DNA of 51,059 nucleotides, filler included, from Catajapyx aquilonaris (taxonomy: Eukaryota): assembly GCA_000934665.2 (NCBI GenBank). It is 2 parts of 2 records of this genome, joined end to end, with 100 filler letters (N's around TTAATTAATTAA, not from the genome) between each part and the next. Parts side by side here need not be neighbours in the genome. Positions count along the whole stretch, not along the records: positions 1 to 25,480 come from JYFJ02005359.1; 1 more part is not named here. One strand, written 5' to 3'. Below the pieces are notes generated by a model. That model worked only from the letters and a program-made list of their open reading frames with translations, had not been told where the DNA came from and searched no databases. Of this stretch, positions 11,985 to 23,364 are shown piece after piece (positions within the stretch are counted from its first letter, which is position 1; each line of letters opens with the position of its first letter). The position numbers and the translations under genes are program-made.

Positions 11985-12600
11985 TGCATGTTGCACAGTC
12001 TGTTGAATTTGGTAACCCCGTGATAGTGACCTCCAGCGAGGTCGGTCATTGTCGCTCCACGTACAGATATGTTCAGAAGTGTCCAAAGAAGTAGTGCACC
12101 GAGATTTACTTCTTTATCACCGAATCGAAGTTCCCTATTCCAATAAAAACGCATGTTGCGCCTGTTAGATATGGCAACCCCTTGAGTGACTCACAGCTGG
12201 GTTATCCATCGTGGCCTCACTTCCCGATATGTTCATAAGTGTTCAATGACCAATTGTGGCGAATTTCAAATTGTTATAGCCGAATGCATGTAAAGGTCTG
12301 CGTTGCACCAGTTGTATTTGGCAACCCCGCGAAAGTGACGTCCGGTGGGGTCACCCAGCGTGGCCCCACGTCCAGATATGCTCAGAAGTGTCCAAAGAAC
12401 TAGTTTACTGACCATGAGTTTCATGTTTTTATCACCGAATACAAAGTCCTAAAGGTATGCTGCACCTGATAGATATGGCAACCCTGTGAAAGTGACACTA
12501 GGCTGGATTACCCATTGCGGGCGCCCACGTCCAGATATTCCCATAAGTGTCCAAAGAATTAGTGTACCGAATTTAATATTTTTATCACAAAATGCAAAGT
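11985..12600. repeat. Four degenerate tandem units of ~150-165 bp
   Basis: Recurring blocks TGTTGCAC..TTGGCAACCCC..AGTGAC and CACGTCCAGATATG..AAGTGTCCAAAGAA start near 11988, 12153, 12301 and 12457. Confidence 0.75.
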
Positions 12601-13585
12601 TAAAACCCTTATCATCCGGACTATTAAAAACAATTTAGGAAAAAGGGGCGAATATCCATTTAATTTTTTTACACTTAAAAACGTAGATATTTTCTAATGA
12701 GGTCCTAGCCTACATTTTGCAAACACAATGTAAAATATCGTCGTTTGTTTGAAGAATACATATTAGTTTTCGAGCTATGATCGATATAAGATCAAAATAA
12801 TTATACGGTATTGTATTGCCCTCTGACGTCACTGTCGTCCAAATAAAAGATGCAGGGTTGCCAGTTGCTCTGTTCCTTCGCTTGTTGCCTAACAAACGAA
12901 TCAAACGACCGCGAGGCAAAGCCCTGATGATGTCACTGTTGTCCGAGGCCACGCCCCCGTTTTTCCCGCCAATTTTCGAGTGACTTTTAAACCCCCGATA
13001 ATTAGGCTAATCGAGGAATGACATTTTGGTGCCGAAATGTGGTGGAATGCGTGTCTACATGTGTGGTTGAGCTATTCGTGTACAAATTGCCCAAATCCCA
13101 GGCCAAGGCTAGGGCCCCATTGTGATTTCCAAAATAAAAAATAAATGCATTGCTCCAATTGGCAGAGCAAAAGTGACCATTTACGAGGATCAGGGCATTC
13201 AGAAGTGCTGGATTCTTTTTTTTCATCCCTCTGCCAAGTTTTGTAAATGGGCACTCCCCCTACGTCTACACGAATTTATTTAACGGGATACAGTCATTAA
13301 TTTTAATTGTGAACCTGAAATTTGCATTTTTTATCAGCAGGAGGATAATTTTATCCTCTCTGTAATCCCATTCGACCCAAAGACTCTCCAAAAAGGACTC
13401 CCCAATAAAACTGAGAACATACTAGTTTGACGACAATAATATAATAATTTCCGTGGGTGATCATTTTAATGCATTCTGAGCAGGTACAGTGCTTCATATA
13501 GCAAGTGAATGTATGTACACGCATTGTTGTTTGACGAGACAAAAAAAAACATTGTCAAAGATCCTGTAATGTTTTGAGTCGCAGT

Positions 13586-14461
13586 TCACATGTCAAGCAT
13601 TTTGGCCAATCCAGGGCATCTCTGAAACAAAATTGAAACAAAATGTTCAGTACCTTACGTTTTCTCTCTCTTTCTCTCTTCTCATGAGCTGTACGTGCTA
13701 CCCACCTCTCTAATCACTTTCCGAAAGCATTTTCCCATTTTCGTTAATCCCATGCAGTTTGGCAACGATCTGTCTACTTTCACTCCTGCAATAGTGGAAA
13801 TGCCAATGATCATTACTCGCCGTATATAGGCTCAACACTGTCCCAACTGAATGGAATCCATGTGTCAGCTTTAAACATAGTCACCTTTTCCTCCTTTGGC
13901 GCATTTTCTCCACACTTCCCAGAAGGCTTCTTTCATTTCTCCGTCTGGTAGAGATGCTAGCATTTCCTCCGCCCTCTCCACTTGGAAGTCTCCTCCTTCG
14001 TTCATCTAGTCACAGAATCAAAGGTCATTCAAAGGTTGCAAAAAGGTCGCACTAAATAATTGAGTTAAACAATTATTGTTACGTATTGCGCAACTTACCA
14101 CTCCCAGTCTTAAGAACACGCAGTCTCCCATACACTGAGAGATGGAAACATTCATTGCTTTAGAGACATATTTCAGATTCGTTCCTGTTTCTTTTTAATA
14201 ATAAGAAAGAGTGAGTAAGTGTTCCTTGTTACCAGCCTGTCCTGTCCGAACTCCTTCATGCACTCCATGGCTGTTTTCATCGTCGGGTGATTCTGAGATG
14301 GAACCTCGCACTCGCCATGGACCAAGCCCACCTGTTTTTAAAAGGCGGAGGAGGAGGAGGAGAAGGAGAAGTGTCCCTTGCTTCCAACTAGATTAATTAT
14401 AATTACCAGTAAGAAAGCGGCCAGGAGCAATTAAGGACGAGATAGCTCTAGGAGCAGTCAT
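13586..14461 (-). pseudogene. Obp: OBP-like copy 6; single 1-nt insertion in exon 1 (young pseudogene or assembly error)
   Basis: Exons 14461-14407 (55 nt vs 54 in paralogs; extra base at 14431-14432), 14331-14233, 14134-14099, 14005-13885, 13785-13706, 13621-13586. Remainder open: VGLVHGECEVPSQNHPTMKTAMECMKEFGQDRL/CMGDCVFLRLGV/MNEGGDFQVERAEEMLASLPDGEMKEAFWEVWRKCAKGGK/GVKVDRSLPNCMGLTKMGKCFRKVIRE/RCPGLAKMLDM*. Confidence 0.75.
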
Positions 14462-15379
14462 CCTAATGAGTTATGTCCAAACGGGACTGTTTGCATCACA
14501 ATCCCAAGGGCGACTTTTATTGCAGGGAAGCAGGATGTCACTTGCGAAACCACGATTTCGCATACGTTGCAGGCTCAATCGAGAAGGTTTCATGTAAACT
14601 GCAGTGTCACATTATCACACATAAGATTTATGTGGATTCCTACACTGCTTTCAGCGATTGGGATTGGGATTTGTATGAGATCATTTTTACGTAATATCCT
14701 TCTGAGCGTTTTCCTTAGCGCCCTTTTCCTGGGGTGTTCCCCGATGAGATAACATTGGTGGTGATGGATGCTAATCTTTGCCGACACGCACCTGGATCGG
14801 ATTCAGAGTTGGGCGAGTCAAACGATCGATGATTTGAATATTTTAAATAATGCGAGGAAAGTCGTCAATCCACTATGGATCATAAGTTGCCTTCTTTGCA
14901 TGGACAATGCAATGATCGCATGTGTCAAGGGGGTAATCACTCGACTGAAAAGTGTACACTGGAGTACCAAATTCAAGGAGTACCACGGAGTAATAAAGAG
15001 TGAGGTGCCTGAGGAGTACCAGGGACTACCACTCCCAGGTTGGTGTACACCGGAGTACCGAAGTGATTACCTCCTTGGCATGTGTATTGCGCACGTAACA
15101 CTATCCCACTTGAAGGGGCCTTGAGCCCTCTTTACAACCATCTTGTATGTGAAATAGCCATTAAATCTCACCATTAGTGGAAAATATGCATCTCTGAATA
15201 TCTGGCGTTATCTGTCGTTGCTATATACAAAATAAAAATATCGAATTTTGCTAGCATCTCCTGAGCATTCCAGTAGTTGGTCCTGCTTTTTGACATGGCT
15301 AAACATAATAATTAAAAATTATACTACGCACTCCAAGTAAATAATTTGGACTCTAGATGAAAATCTGGAGTGCACCTTT

Positions 15380-17867
15380 TAGTCCAGGCAGATTTGGTCA
15401 AAAAATCAGTTTCGCTCATATTGCGTGTTAATTTTGATCTGTTTGTGGGAAGTTGTTAAGCATAATGAGAAGTTTCAAAATCGACTTGTCGCCATTTCCC
15501 ATCCGCCATATTACGGCCGCCATCTTGGAAAAATGGCGGAAAAAACAGATTTTTCTGTTTTATCTTTTTAACCGTTCATTTTCTGAAAAATAATTAGACA
15601 TTAAACATGACGGGAATTATATACCACATCGAAGAGTACTCTATCAGAATTATGATAACTGTAACCGTTCAGCCAGAATCGAGCGGACAATGTCCATTAC
15701 TACCTTCGCCTGGATTAGCGCGGGAAGAATTGTTCAAAAATTCCGTGCCGCTGTAATTTTAATGATAATTTTGATCTGTTTGGGGGAAGTTGTTAAGGAC
15801 AATAAGAAGTTGCGAAATCAACTTGTCGCCATGATTTTAGCTACCTATTACAACCGCCATCTTGGAAAAATGGCTGCAAAAAGAGCTATTTTTGCTTCAT
15901 TTTTTGAACAGTTAATATTATGAAAAGACGACTAAAACAAAAGTTAAAGAGCATGAGATTTACAATAAATATGTACTTATCAATGTTTTGATAAGTGCAA
16001 CTGTTCAGCTGAAATTCATGATTAAGATTTCTCCTATCACAGGATTTCTAGTAGAACATAAGAAACATATTTTAAAATGTTGTAATACATATTTAAAGTT
16101 ATAAATTGCTTTCTAGTGCTGACTATTATAGGCAACTTATCAACAGAACTACTTGGTTGTGTGCTGGTCACACACTTTAATTATTTTTAAAATGTCAATA
16201 TACACTCGTAAATGGACCTGATATTTATTCCGCCAGGCAATGATTCTTGTGTTACAAACTTGTTTCCAGTTTTTCTTCCTCAAACATCGATGTAAGAAAT
16301 TCAGTTTTATTATCGAGTAATCATTTTTGTTGATAATAGTTTACAAGAAATAGGATACATAGACTACTGTACTGTACAGTATACTTGTTCTAATCTGTGT
16401 TCAGGAGTCCTCATTGTCAATGTCTACACCTGGGTTTCTCCTGCGAAAAACTGCAGCGAAGCTGTATCTAGAACAACAACATTTTCACTGAACTTGCTGG
16501 TGTTCTGATCATTACTCTGTTAATCATCAGAAACCCAGTGCCGATTGCAAATACGGAAGATGAGGACTTCTGTATGCAGGATAGAACTACTGTATAGCCT
16601 ACTATACAGTATATATATTATCTTTTATCTGTTATAAAGTGTACACTGTTATGATTATAATAAAACTGACAATGAGTTTCTTACATCGATGTTTGAGGAA
16701 GAAATACTGGACACAAGTTAAAGTTTTGTAACACAAGAATTATTGCCTGGCGCAATAAATATCAGGTCCATTTACGAGTGTATATTGATATTTTTTTATT
16801 ATTAAAGTGTGTGACCCACAAACAACCAAGTTGTTCTGTTAACTTTTGAGATCAATTTTGATAAGTTTCCTAATAGTCATCAGAAAGCAATTTATAACTT
16901 GGAATATGTATTACACCATTTTAAAATATGTTTCTTACCCTCTACTACAGTGGTTTCCAACCGGGGGGGCGTGAGAGGATTTCAGGGGGCGTGAGGCCAT
17001 GAGAAATAAGTAAAGTAACATAACATGCTGGCTCTTCTGTCGTTTCCTCTATTTCGACATGTTTTCATTCCTCAGTTATAAAAATATCTTTCAAGAAACT
17101 CTTGCTGGAATTTATTGGGACCGGGGGTGGTGGGGCGTGAGTGTTTGGTGAAAACGAAAAGGGGGGCTTCAATGACGAAAAGGTTGGGAACCACTGCTCT
17201 ATATACTAGAAATCCTGTGATAGGAAAAATGTTAATCATGAATTTCAGCTGAACAGTTGCACTTATCAAAACATTGATAAGTACATATTTATTGTAAATC
17301 TCATGCTCTTTAACTTTTGTTTTAGTCGTCTTTTCATAATATTAACTGTTCAAAAAATGAAGCAAAAATAGCTCTTTTTGCCGCCATTTTTCCAAGACGG
17401 CGGTTGTAATAGGTAGCTAAAATCATGGCGACAAGTTGATTTTGCAACTTCTTATTGTCCTTAACAACTTCCCACAAACAGATCAAAATTATCATTAAAA
17501 TTACAGCGGCACGGAATTTTTGAACAATTCTTCCCGCGCTAATCCAGGCGAAGGTAGTAATGGACATTGTCCGCTCGATTCTGGCTGAACGGTTACAGTT
17601 ATCCTAATTCTGATAGAGTACTCTTCGATGTGGTATATAATTCCCGTCATGTTTAATGTCTAATTATTTTTCAGAAAATGAACGGTTAAAAAGATAAAAC
17701 AGAAAAACCTGTTTTTGCCGCCATTTTTCCAAGATGGCGGCCGTAATATGGCGGATGGGAAATGGCGACAAGTCGATTTTGAAACTTCTCATTATGCTTA
17801 ACAACTTCCCACAAACAGATCAAAATTAACACGCAATATGAGCGAAAATACAAATCTGCCTGGACTA
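15380..17867. mobile_element. 2.5-kb foldback non-autonomous DNA transposon with ~1-kb inverted arms (Academ-like termini)
   Basis: Termini TAGTCCAGGCAGATTTG...CAAATCTGCCTGGACTA, flanked by TTT on both sides (3-bp TSD). Outer arms (15380-16050 vs 17205-17867) are near identical; inner arms (16050-16430 vs 16540-16945) are more diverged. The superfamily is inferred from termini and TSD length only. Confidence 0.8.
16948..17196. mobile_element. hAT (Charlie/Buster-like) MITE nested in the right arm of the foldback element
   Basis: TIRs CAGTGGTTTCCAACC...GGTTGGGAACCACTG; absent from the left arm at ~16050; degenerate 8-bp TSD (CTCTACTA / CTCTATAT). Confidence 0.8.
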
Positions 17868-18479
17868 TTTGCTCCCTGGCAAGTTTTTTTTAAATATTCG
17901 ACCCCTGGTAGTACATATTCCCAGAGTGTTTTGTTGTGCCCGAATATGTTTCAACTTTTGTTCTCTTTGTCCAGCCCTTTTGTATAACACTGTCCTTCCT
18001 ATTACCAGCATTTCAGTAGCACTTTATTGAACACAGTGCCATTTATTGGACTCTGTCATAATAGTTGTGATTTTTGTCTCTCTCGATTGAAGATCTGGCA
18101 TTCATGTCGATAAAAAAAAGATCGATTAGAATACTGAAGGGAATTCGAGATATAAAGCAGTTTCAGGATATTGCTTTATCTTCCATCGTCATTTTTGCAT
18201 GCTTATCCACAAGAGACTAATTCCCATCAGAAGAGGCCAATGACAATCTGATAAGTGCAAAAGTATTACGAGTCTAGTTTGAAGGGCAGGTTATCCCTTA
18301 TTACGCGAATAAATGTTTGTTTGCACTAAATTGACGCGATGACCAAAGAGTAATAATTGATTCCTTTCGCACTCGCCCCAAAACAGAAAGGACAGCAACA
18401 ATACCGTATATTCAGACATCATCACCGTAAACACGCACATACACAAAATAATGACGGCATGCGATGGAGTTATTGTTGC

Positions 18480-18930
18480 ATGGTAGCAAAGTGCGCATGT
18501 GATAGTTTTATGGCCCACAAAATAGGGGCAGAATTGTGTGCACTGGACCATTGCGTAACTGTGGATTCGCACTCCCTTCAGGCTCAATTGGGAATAAGGT
18601 GTCATGCAAACTTCAGCGCCGCATTATCACCGTAAGATTTATGTGGCTTCTCACACTATTAAACTGCATTGCCGCGCAATATCCTTTGGAGCGTCTTGAT
18701 TGTATGTGATCACCATTTTCCTACCAGGGTGTTGCCCGATTAGAGTGATAACATTGGTGGTGACGGGTGTCGCACGTGGCCGACACGCACGTGGCTCAGG
18801 ATGGGCAAGTGACGAGCGAAATAGTTTTCAATGTTACGCAAGTCAGCATTTCACCACACCATCATTGTTTCGAAAACTTTGGCAAAAGTGTCTTTGGCAA
18901 TGGCTCGTTGCCCTCAATCCGATCAGCCAT
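18480..18930 (-). promoter_or_regulatory. Orphan chimeric OBP upstream region with no gene body
   Basis: 18487-18570 aligns by eye to the copy-7 proximal upstream region (21160-21242); 18578-18915 aligns to the distal upstream region of copies 1-6 (e.g. 2030-2385). Confidence 0.65.
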
Positions 18931-19229
18931 GGCCCAGCGATTCTCAATAATATACTTCAATGCACTGCACTGTCGCGTGGTGTAAAATGCACACGCAGCG
19001 CCATGGCATGGATGATTTTATAATTATATATTTTATATAACTGAAGAGTCGTGTCTTTGCTTCATAACATGACCGTTTACCTCTCCGTCCTACACGCCAT
19101 ACCATAAACATGGGATAATTTTAAGGAAGCGCCTATAAATAAATAAATCTTGCGAGTATACAGTAGTTTGTGGTCGATGGCCACAGAAAGGTGATGTGGA
19201 AAGCGACTATGTAACTTCTGTCTTCTGCC

Positions 19230-19323
19230 AAAAGAAAAATCTAGATGACCTGAAGTGTCCCCTTACTTTTATTACATGTAATAAAAGTAAGGGGACACTT
19301 CAGGTCATCTAGATTTTTCTTTT
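19230..19323. repeat. Perfect 94-bp spacerless palindrome
   Basis: Two 47-bp arms are exact reverse complements, centred at ATTACA|TGTAAT (19276/19277). Confidence 0.95.
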
Positions 19324-19324
19324 C

Positions 19325-19720
19325 AGAGCAGCAGAATGTCACTTCGAAATATGATTTTCAATCTCTGCAGGCTCTTTGGGGGGAAATGTTATGCAAACTG
19401 CAGTGCAACGTTATTTCTATCACATGATATGTGGCTTCCTAAACGGCTTGGTGTTCAGCGATTGGGAATTGGGATTGCATAATTTACGTAATATATCCTT
19501 TTTAGCGTCGTGTGAGCGCCTTTTTCCTGGGGTGTTACCCGATTAGATAACATTGGTGATGACGGACGGGTGCTTCACTTTGCAAACACGCACCTGGATC
19601 AGTATGTTGAGAGTGGCCCAGCCAAATAGATGAATGGCATATTTTGAATGTGATGATAGTTGAAAGAATGTTGCCGCTATGGACAACAGGAGATCAGTTC
19701 CTGTGGGCTGGTATATTCGT
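19325..19720 (-). promoter_or_regulatory. Second orphan copy of the upstream region of OBP copies 1-6
   Basis: Contains GCAGAATGTCACTT, GCAGGCTC, AAACTGCAGTG, ATGTGGCTTCCT, GGGGTGTTACCCGATTAGATAACATTGGTG and CAGTTCCTGTGGGCTGGTAT in the same order as 14530-14800 and 8540-8910. Confidence 0.7.
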
Positions 19721-20297
19721 GGTCTGCAACCTTGCTACACGGATAATGGGCTTCGAAAAAAGGTGTGAATATGATATCCTGGCAAATGTGCGTCACATCC
19801 AAGCGATATTGCATCTTCCATTCAAAATACTCTCTTTGCGTCATATACGGACGCCGCCGCGGTTATGCAATGCACTTTTCCAGAAATGCTAATGGCCTCG
19901 GGAATGAGGGCAGAAAGTTATCCTTTGAAAACCACGGGTTCACCCTGAGGACGTTATTATTTATCTCAGTCATTATGGAACAAAATCATTGTGACGCCTT
20001 GTAAAATTGTGTCTGTACCTTATTATTTTTTAAGATTAATGATCTGACTAGCCGTTCTGAACGGGTATGCGGAAGTCATTTCATTATCATATATTTTTGT
20101 TCTTTTGTCAACCACTCTCGTGATCATTTTTGCAATTAATTTTTCAATGTGTTAAATAATGAAATTCGGGTTGCAACTCGGTTGAGAGTGATCATTTTTA
20201 TTATCATCATTGCATGGTACACATTCTTCACAGTACATTAAGTGAGTAGCAAGCGAGCATTGTTGACATCCGGTAGAAGAATCTCCCGTTGGTGACT

Positions 20298-21132
20298 TCA
20301 CAGTTCAAGCAGCTTGACTAGTGCTGGGCATTTCTGGAAAGGAACGTGAAAATATTGTCGAGTGGTTCGCATAATTATTTCGATCGCCATCAGCAGCATG
20401 AAGGGTGTTTCTTACATCTGTCATCACTTTCTTAAAGCATCTGCCCAACGTTTTCCAGCCCATGCAGTTGGGCAATTTCCGGTCGATCGGATGCCCTGAG
20501 GACAGGAAAGAATGTTGTGCTACCTTCGCATCACTTGAACACTATGTATGCTATACAACGGAGGAGATGCCAACCCACCGTCCCCGTCTTTGCAGCATTT
20601 CTTCCAGAATTCGCGGAATGCCTCTTTCAAGTCTCCGGGAGAAAACGAGTCGATCACCTTGACCACCTCCTCTTTTTGGTACTTCCCTTCCTCACTCAAC
20701 TAACCTCAGGCCAATCAATAAGGCGCGTTAATTACAAGCGCAATGTAACAAGCCATAAGCATATAGTGATGAAGCTTACCAGATTCAGCCGCATGCCTAT
20801 GCAGTCTGCCAGACACTACAATAATAAAGTGTTGATGATTTCACACATTAGCGTGTTCCTTTCAACATGATGTGGTAATCTTATAGTAAGGTCCTTACCA
20901 GCTTATCCTTGCCGAATTCTTTGGCGCATTCCACGGCTGCCTTCATGCCTGGGTTGTCCTGAGAAGGAGCGTCGCACTCACCATGGACCAGCACCTGCAT
21001 GGTGATGATGACAACACAAAAGCACAGTCGTTAACAGTGACGGTGAAGAAGAGGCCATGTCCTGGAAATTGAGCCGTAACTAACCATTAAAGAGGCCATC
21101 AGCATGACCAGGACAAATGCTGAGCAGGTCAT
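20298..21132 (-). CDS. Obp: OBP-like secreted protein, copy 7 (divergent, 138 aa, intact)
   Basis: Exons 21132-21085, 20994-20899, 20815-20780, 20699-20579, 20495-20416, 20333-20298, GT-AG with the same phases. MTCSAFVLVMLMASLM/VLVHGECDAPSQDNPGMKAAVECAKEFGKDKL/CLADCIGMRLNL/LSEEGKYQKEEVVKVIDSFSPGDLKEAFREFWKKCCKDGD/GHPIDRKLPNCMGWKTLGRCFKKVMTD/KCPALVKLLEL*. Confidence 0.88.
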
Positions 21133-22060
21133 AGTGAAGCCAGCACGATTGCTCGACTCAAAGTGTGCAAATGATAGTTAGCCCATAAAGTAGGGGTGGA
21201 ATAAATATGTGCACTGAGCCATTACGTAACTCAGGAGTCGCGTTTTTTTTTTAGCTAAGTCTCTTCCTTTCTAAAACCGCGAACAATGCAGCTGGCAACA
21301 ATATGGGCCATGATTTACGAGCGCCAAGACTTCCATCTAACGCAGAATTGTTTGGCCACACGACATCCGCTGTAAGTGTTACGTGTGCCTGGGGGATTTA
21401 TACAGGCAGCGCGTTAATTATTACGTATTTTTGAGACATGCAAGTGGCAGTGGCGACAGGCGTTTGAAATGATTCCGAGTTATGTAAGCCGCGTTTTGAA
21501 TGAGGTGGAGATGTGTTATTGCCACCTTCCCTTGATGCGGATATCCTGATGGTCGCCTATCATGCGGGCCATCGAACTTGGTCTCAAAATGGCTATATAC
21601 AACGAGTGAACCCGTTGCGAAAATTTGGCAAAACCTGTAATCAGTATGGCAGTGATAATAACACTATGCAGAAAAGTAGGACATGGTGACCAACATCTGC
21701 TGCTCACAATATTAGCATGTCGTACACCTCTGTGGCTGTTTTCTTCAAACTGAAGTTGAAAGCCGCAACACTGAATATTGGCCCACTGCCACTGCTCATT
21801 CCACTCCTTACAATAAGCCTATTAGGAGAAAGATGTCAAAAAAAAATAAGAGTCCCGACTCTGTTATCAATCATAGCTCCAAAATACCGTACAAAACGTT
21901 TTTGGCACATACATACGTAGCATACTAACATGGATTACAACTTGGTACTTTTTGCAAGGGATTCATTATTTTTATCGTATACATTCATTTGGACAGTATG
22001 TGTTTGTGCATGTGTGATGTCGGGAGGGCGGGTCATCTGTCCTCTATAAGTTTGTAGTTC

Positions 22061-23364
22061 TCACATGTCGAGCATCCGGGCCAGTTCAGGGCACATCTGA
22101 AACAGTCAAAATTATTATTGCTTTCAGATTGAAGACGTATCTGACCTCTTGAGTTGTCACACCTGAGTCACGACTTTTCGGAAGCATTTTGCCATCTTGG
22201 TCCATCCCGTGCAGTCAGGCATCTTCCGGTTGATTGGAGGAACTATAAAGTCAGAGAAAATGGAATTGATGCACCCATTATGGAAACACCCCAACTCCAT
22301 CTCTCTGGGGCATGGAGTTGGGGTGGACGCGCCTTGCTATCCTTGTGAGGACTTTTGTCATTACGAGGTAGTTTTTCTGCACCTCATAGTGAACACACGC
22401 CTCACAAGGATAGGGAAAAATCGAAAAATACATCATGAAGACAGTAAAAATATATTTCACCAAAATTTAGGGTGTTTCCTTGTAGGTTAGGTTAGTTTTA
22501 AAATTTGGAAAAACCTCACAAGGATAGCAATGCGCGCCTGTGTGTTTCCATAATGGGTGCTTCAATTGAAATGAGGCCAAATCGAAACAACGTTCGTTGC
22601 TGGTTCCAATTGGCACCCTTTGAGCGCCGTATGTCCAAACACTGACTTTTTCCAGACTTGGCGCACTTCCTCCAGTATTCCAAGAAGGCCTCTTGCAGAC
22701 CGCCTTCCGGAAGAGTCTCGATCATTTGTTCCATCTTTTCAGCTACGTACGCTCCTTTCTCGGTCACCTACAATGGCATAATCAGACTGGTCGAGGAAAA
22801 AATAACCACACACCCTATACAGTTGTCACGTAGACACATGTGCATGCCGAGTGTGTCACTCCGATTCCACGGTGGCCAAGAGTTGAGCCTCTGAACGTCT
22901 AAATCGTAATGAACCACCCTGTGTGCCTTGCTCTGTTCATTATGAGTACAGCTTATGCTGCACTGAGAAATTAATTGGATTCAACTTACTATTCCCAATC
23001 GCTGGCCGAGGCAGTCTGCCACGCACTATACACAGGGCGAGGAGCATAATTAAGTGCGTGATCATTACTGACGCCACATAATTATGTATGTACACTATAG
23101 TTAGACTCTTTGTACACAAACTGTTCTTACCAGCCTCGCTGTTCCAAACTCCTTGGCGCAATCCATGGCTACCTGCATAGCCTTGTTTTGCTGATCAGGA
23201 GCTTCACAAGTTGCGTGGACGAGACTCATCTGTCCATATGTAAGATGAGGCATACCAGTGTCAAACAATAAAAGAAGCCATTCTCGCAAAGAAGAGGTGG
23301 TGCCAATTGTTACCATGCAAGAGGCCAAGAGTGACACGAACAAGACAGAGTGGACGGTGGTCAT
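22061..23364 (-). CDS. Obp: OBP-like secreted protein, copy 8 (divergent, 140 aa, intact)
   Basis: Exons 23364-23314, 23229-23131, 23025-22990, 22767-22647, 22242-22163, 22096-22061. MTTVHSVLFVSLLASCM/MSLVHATCEAPDQQNKAMQVAMDCAKEFGTARL/CVADCLGQRLGI/VTEKGAYVAEKMEQMIETLPEGGLQEAFLEYWRKCAKSGK/IPPINRKMPDCTGWTKMAKCFRKVVTQ/MCPELARMLDM*. Confidence 0.88.
22264..22567. mobile_element. MITE in intron 4 of OBP copy 8
   Basis: Inverted termini AATTGATGCACCCATTATGGAAACAC / GTGTTTCCATAATGGGTGCTTCAATT, with inner IR TTGCTATCCTTGTGAGG / CCTCACAAGGATAGCAA. It explains why this intron is ~400 nt rather than ~70-130 nt. Confidence 0.75.

Noticed and set aside
11985..12600. CRISPR-like repeat-spacer array
   Set aside because: Units are degenerate along their whole length, the context is eukaryotic and there are no cas genes.
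15690..17567. Two near-identical 77-aa ORFs (MSITTFAWISAGR...) on opposite strands
   Set aside because: They are mirror images within the foldback arms; no recognisable protein features.
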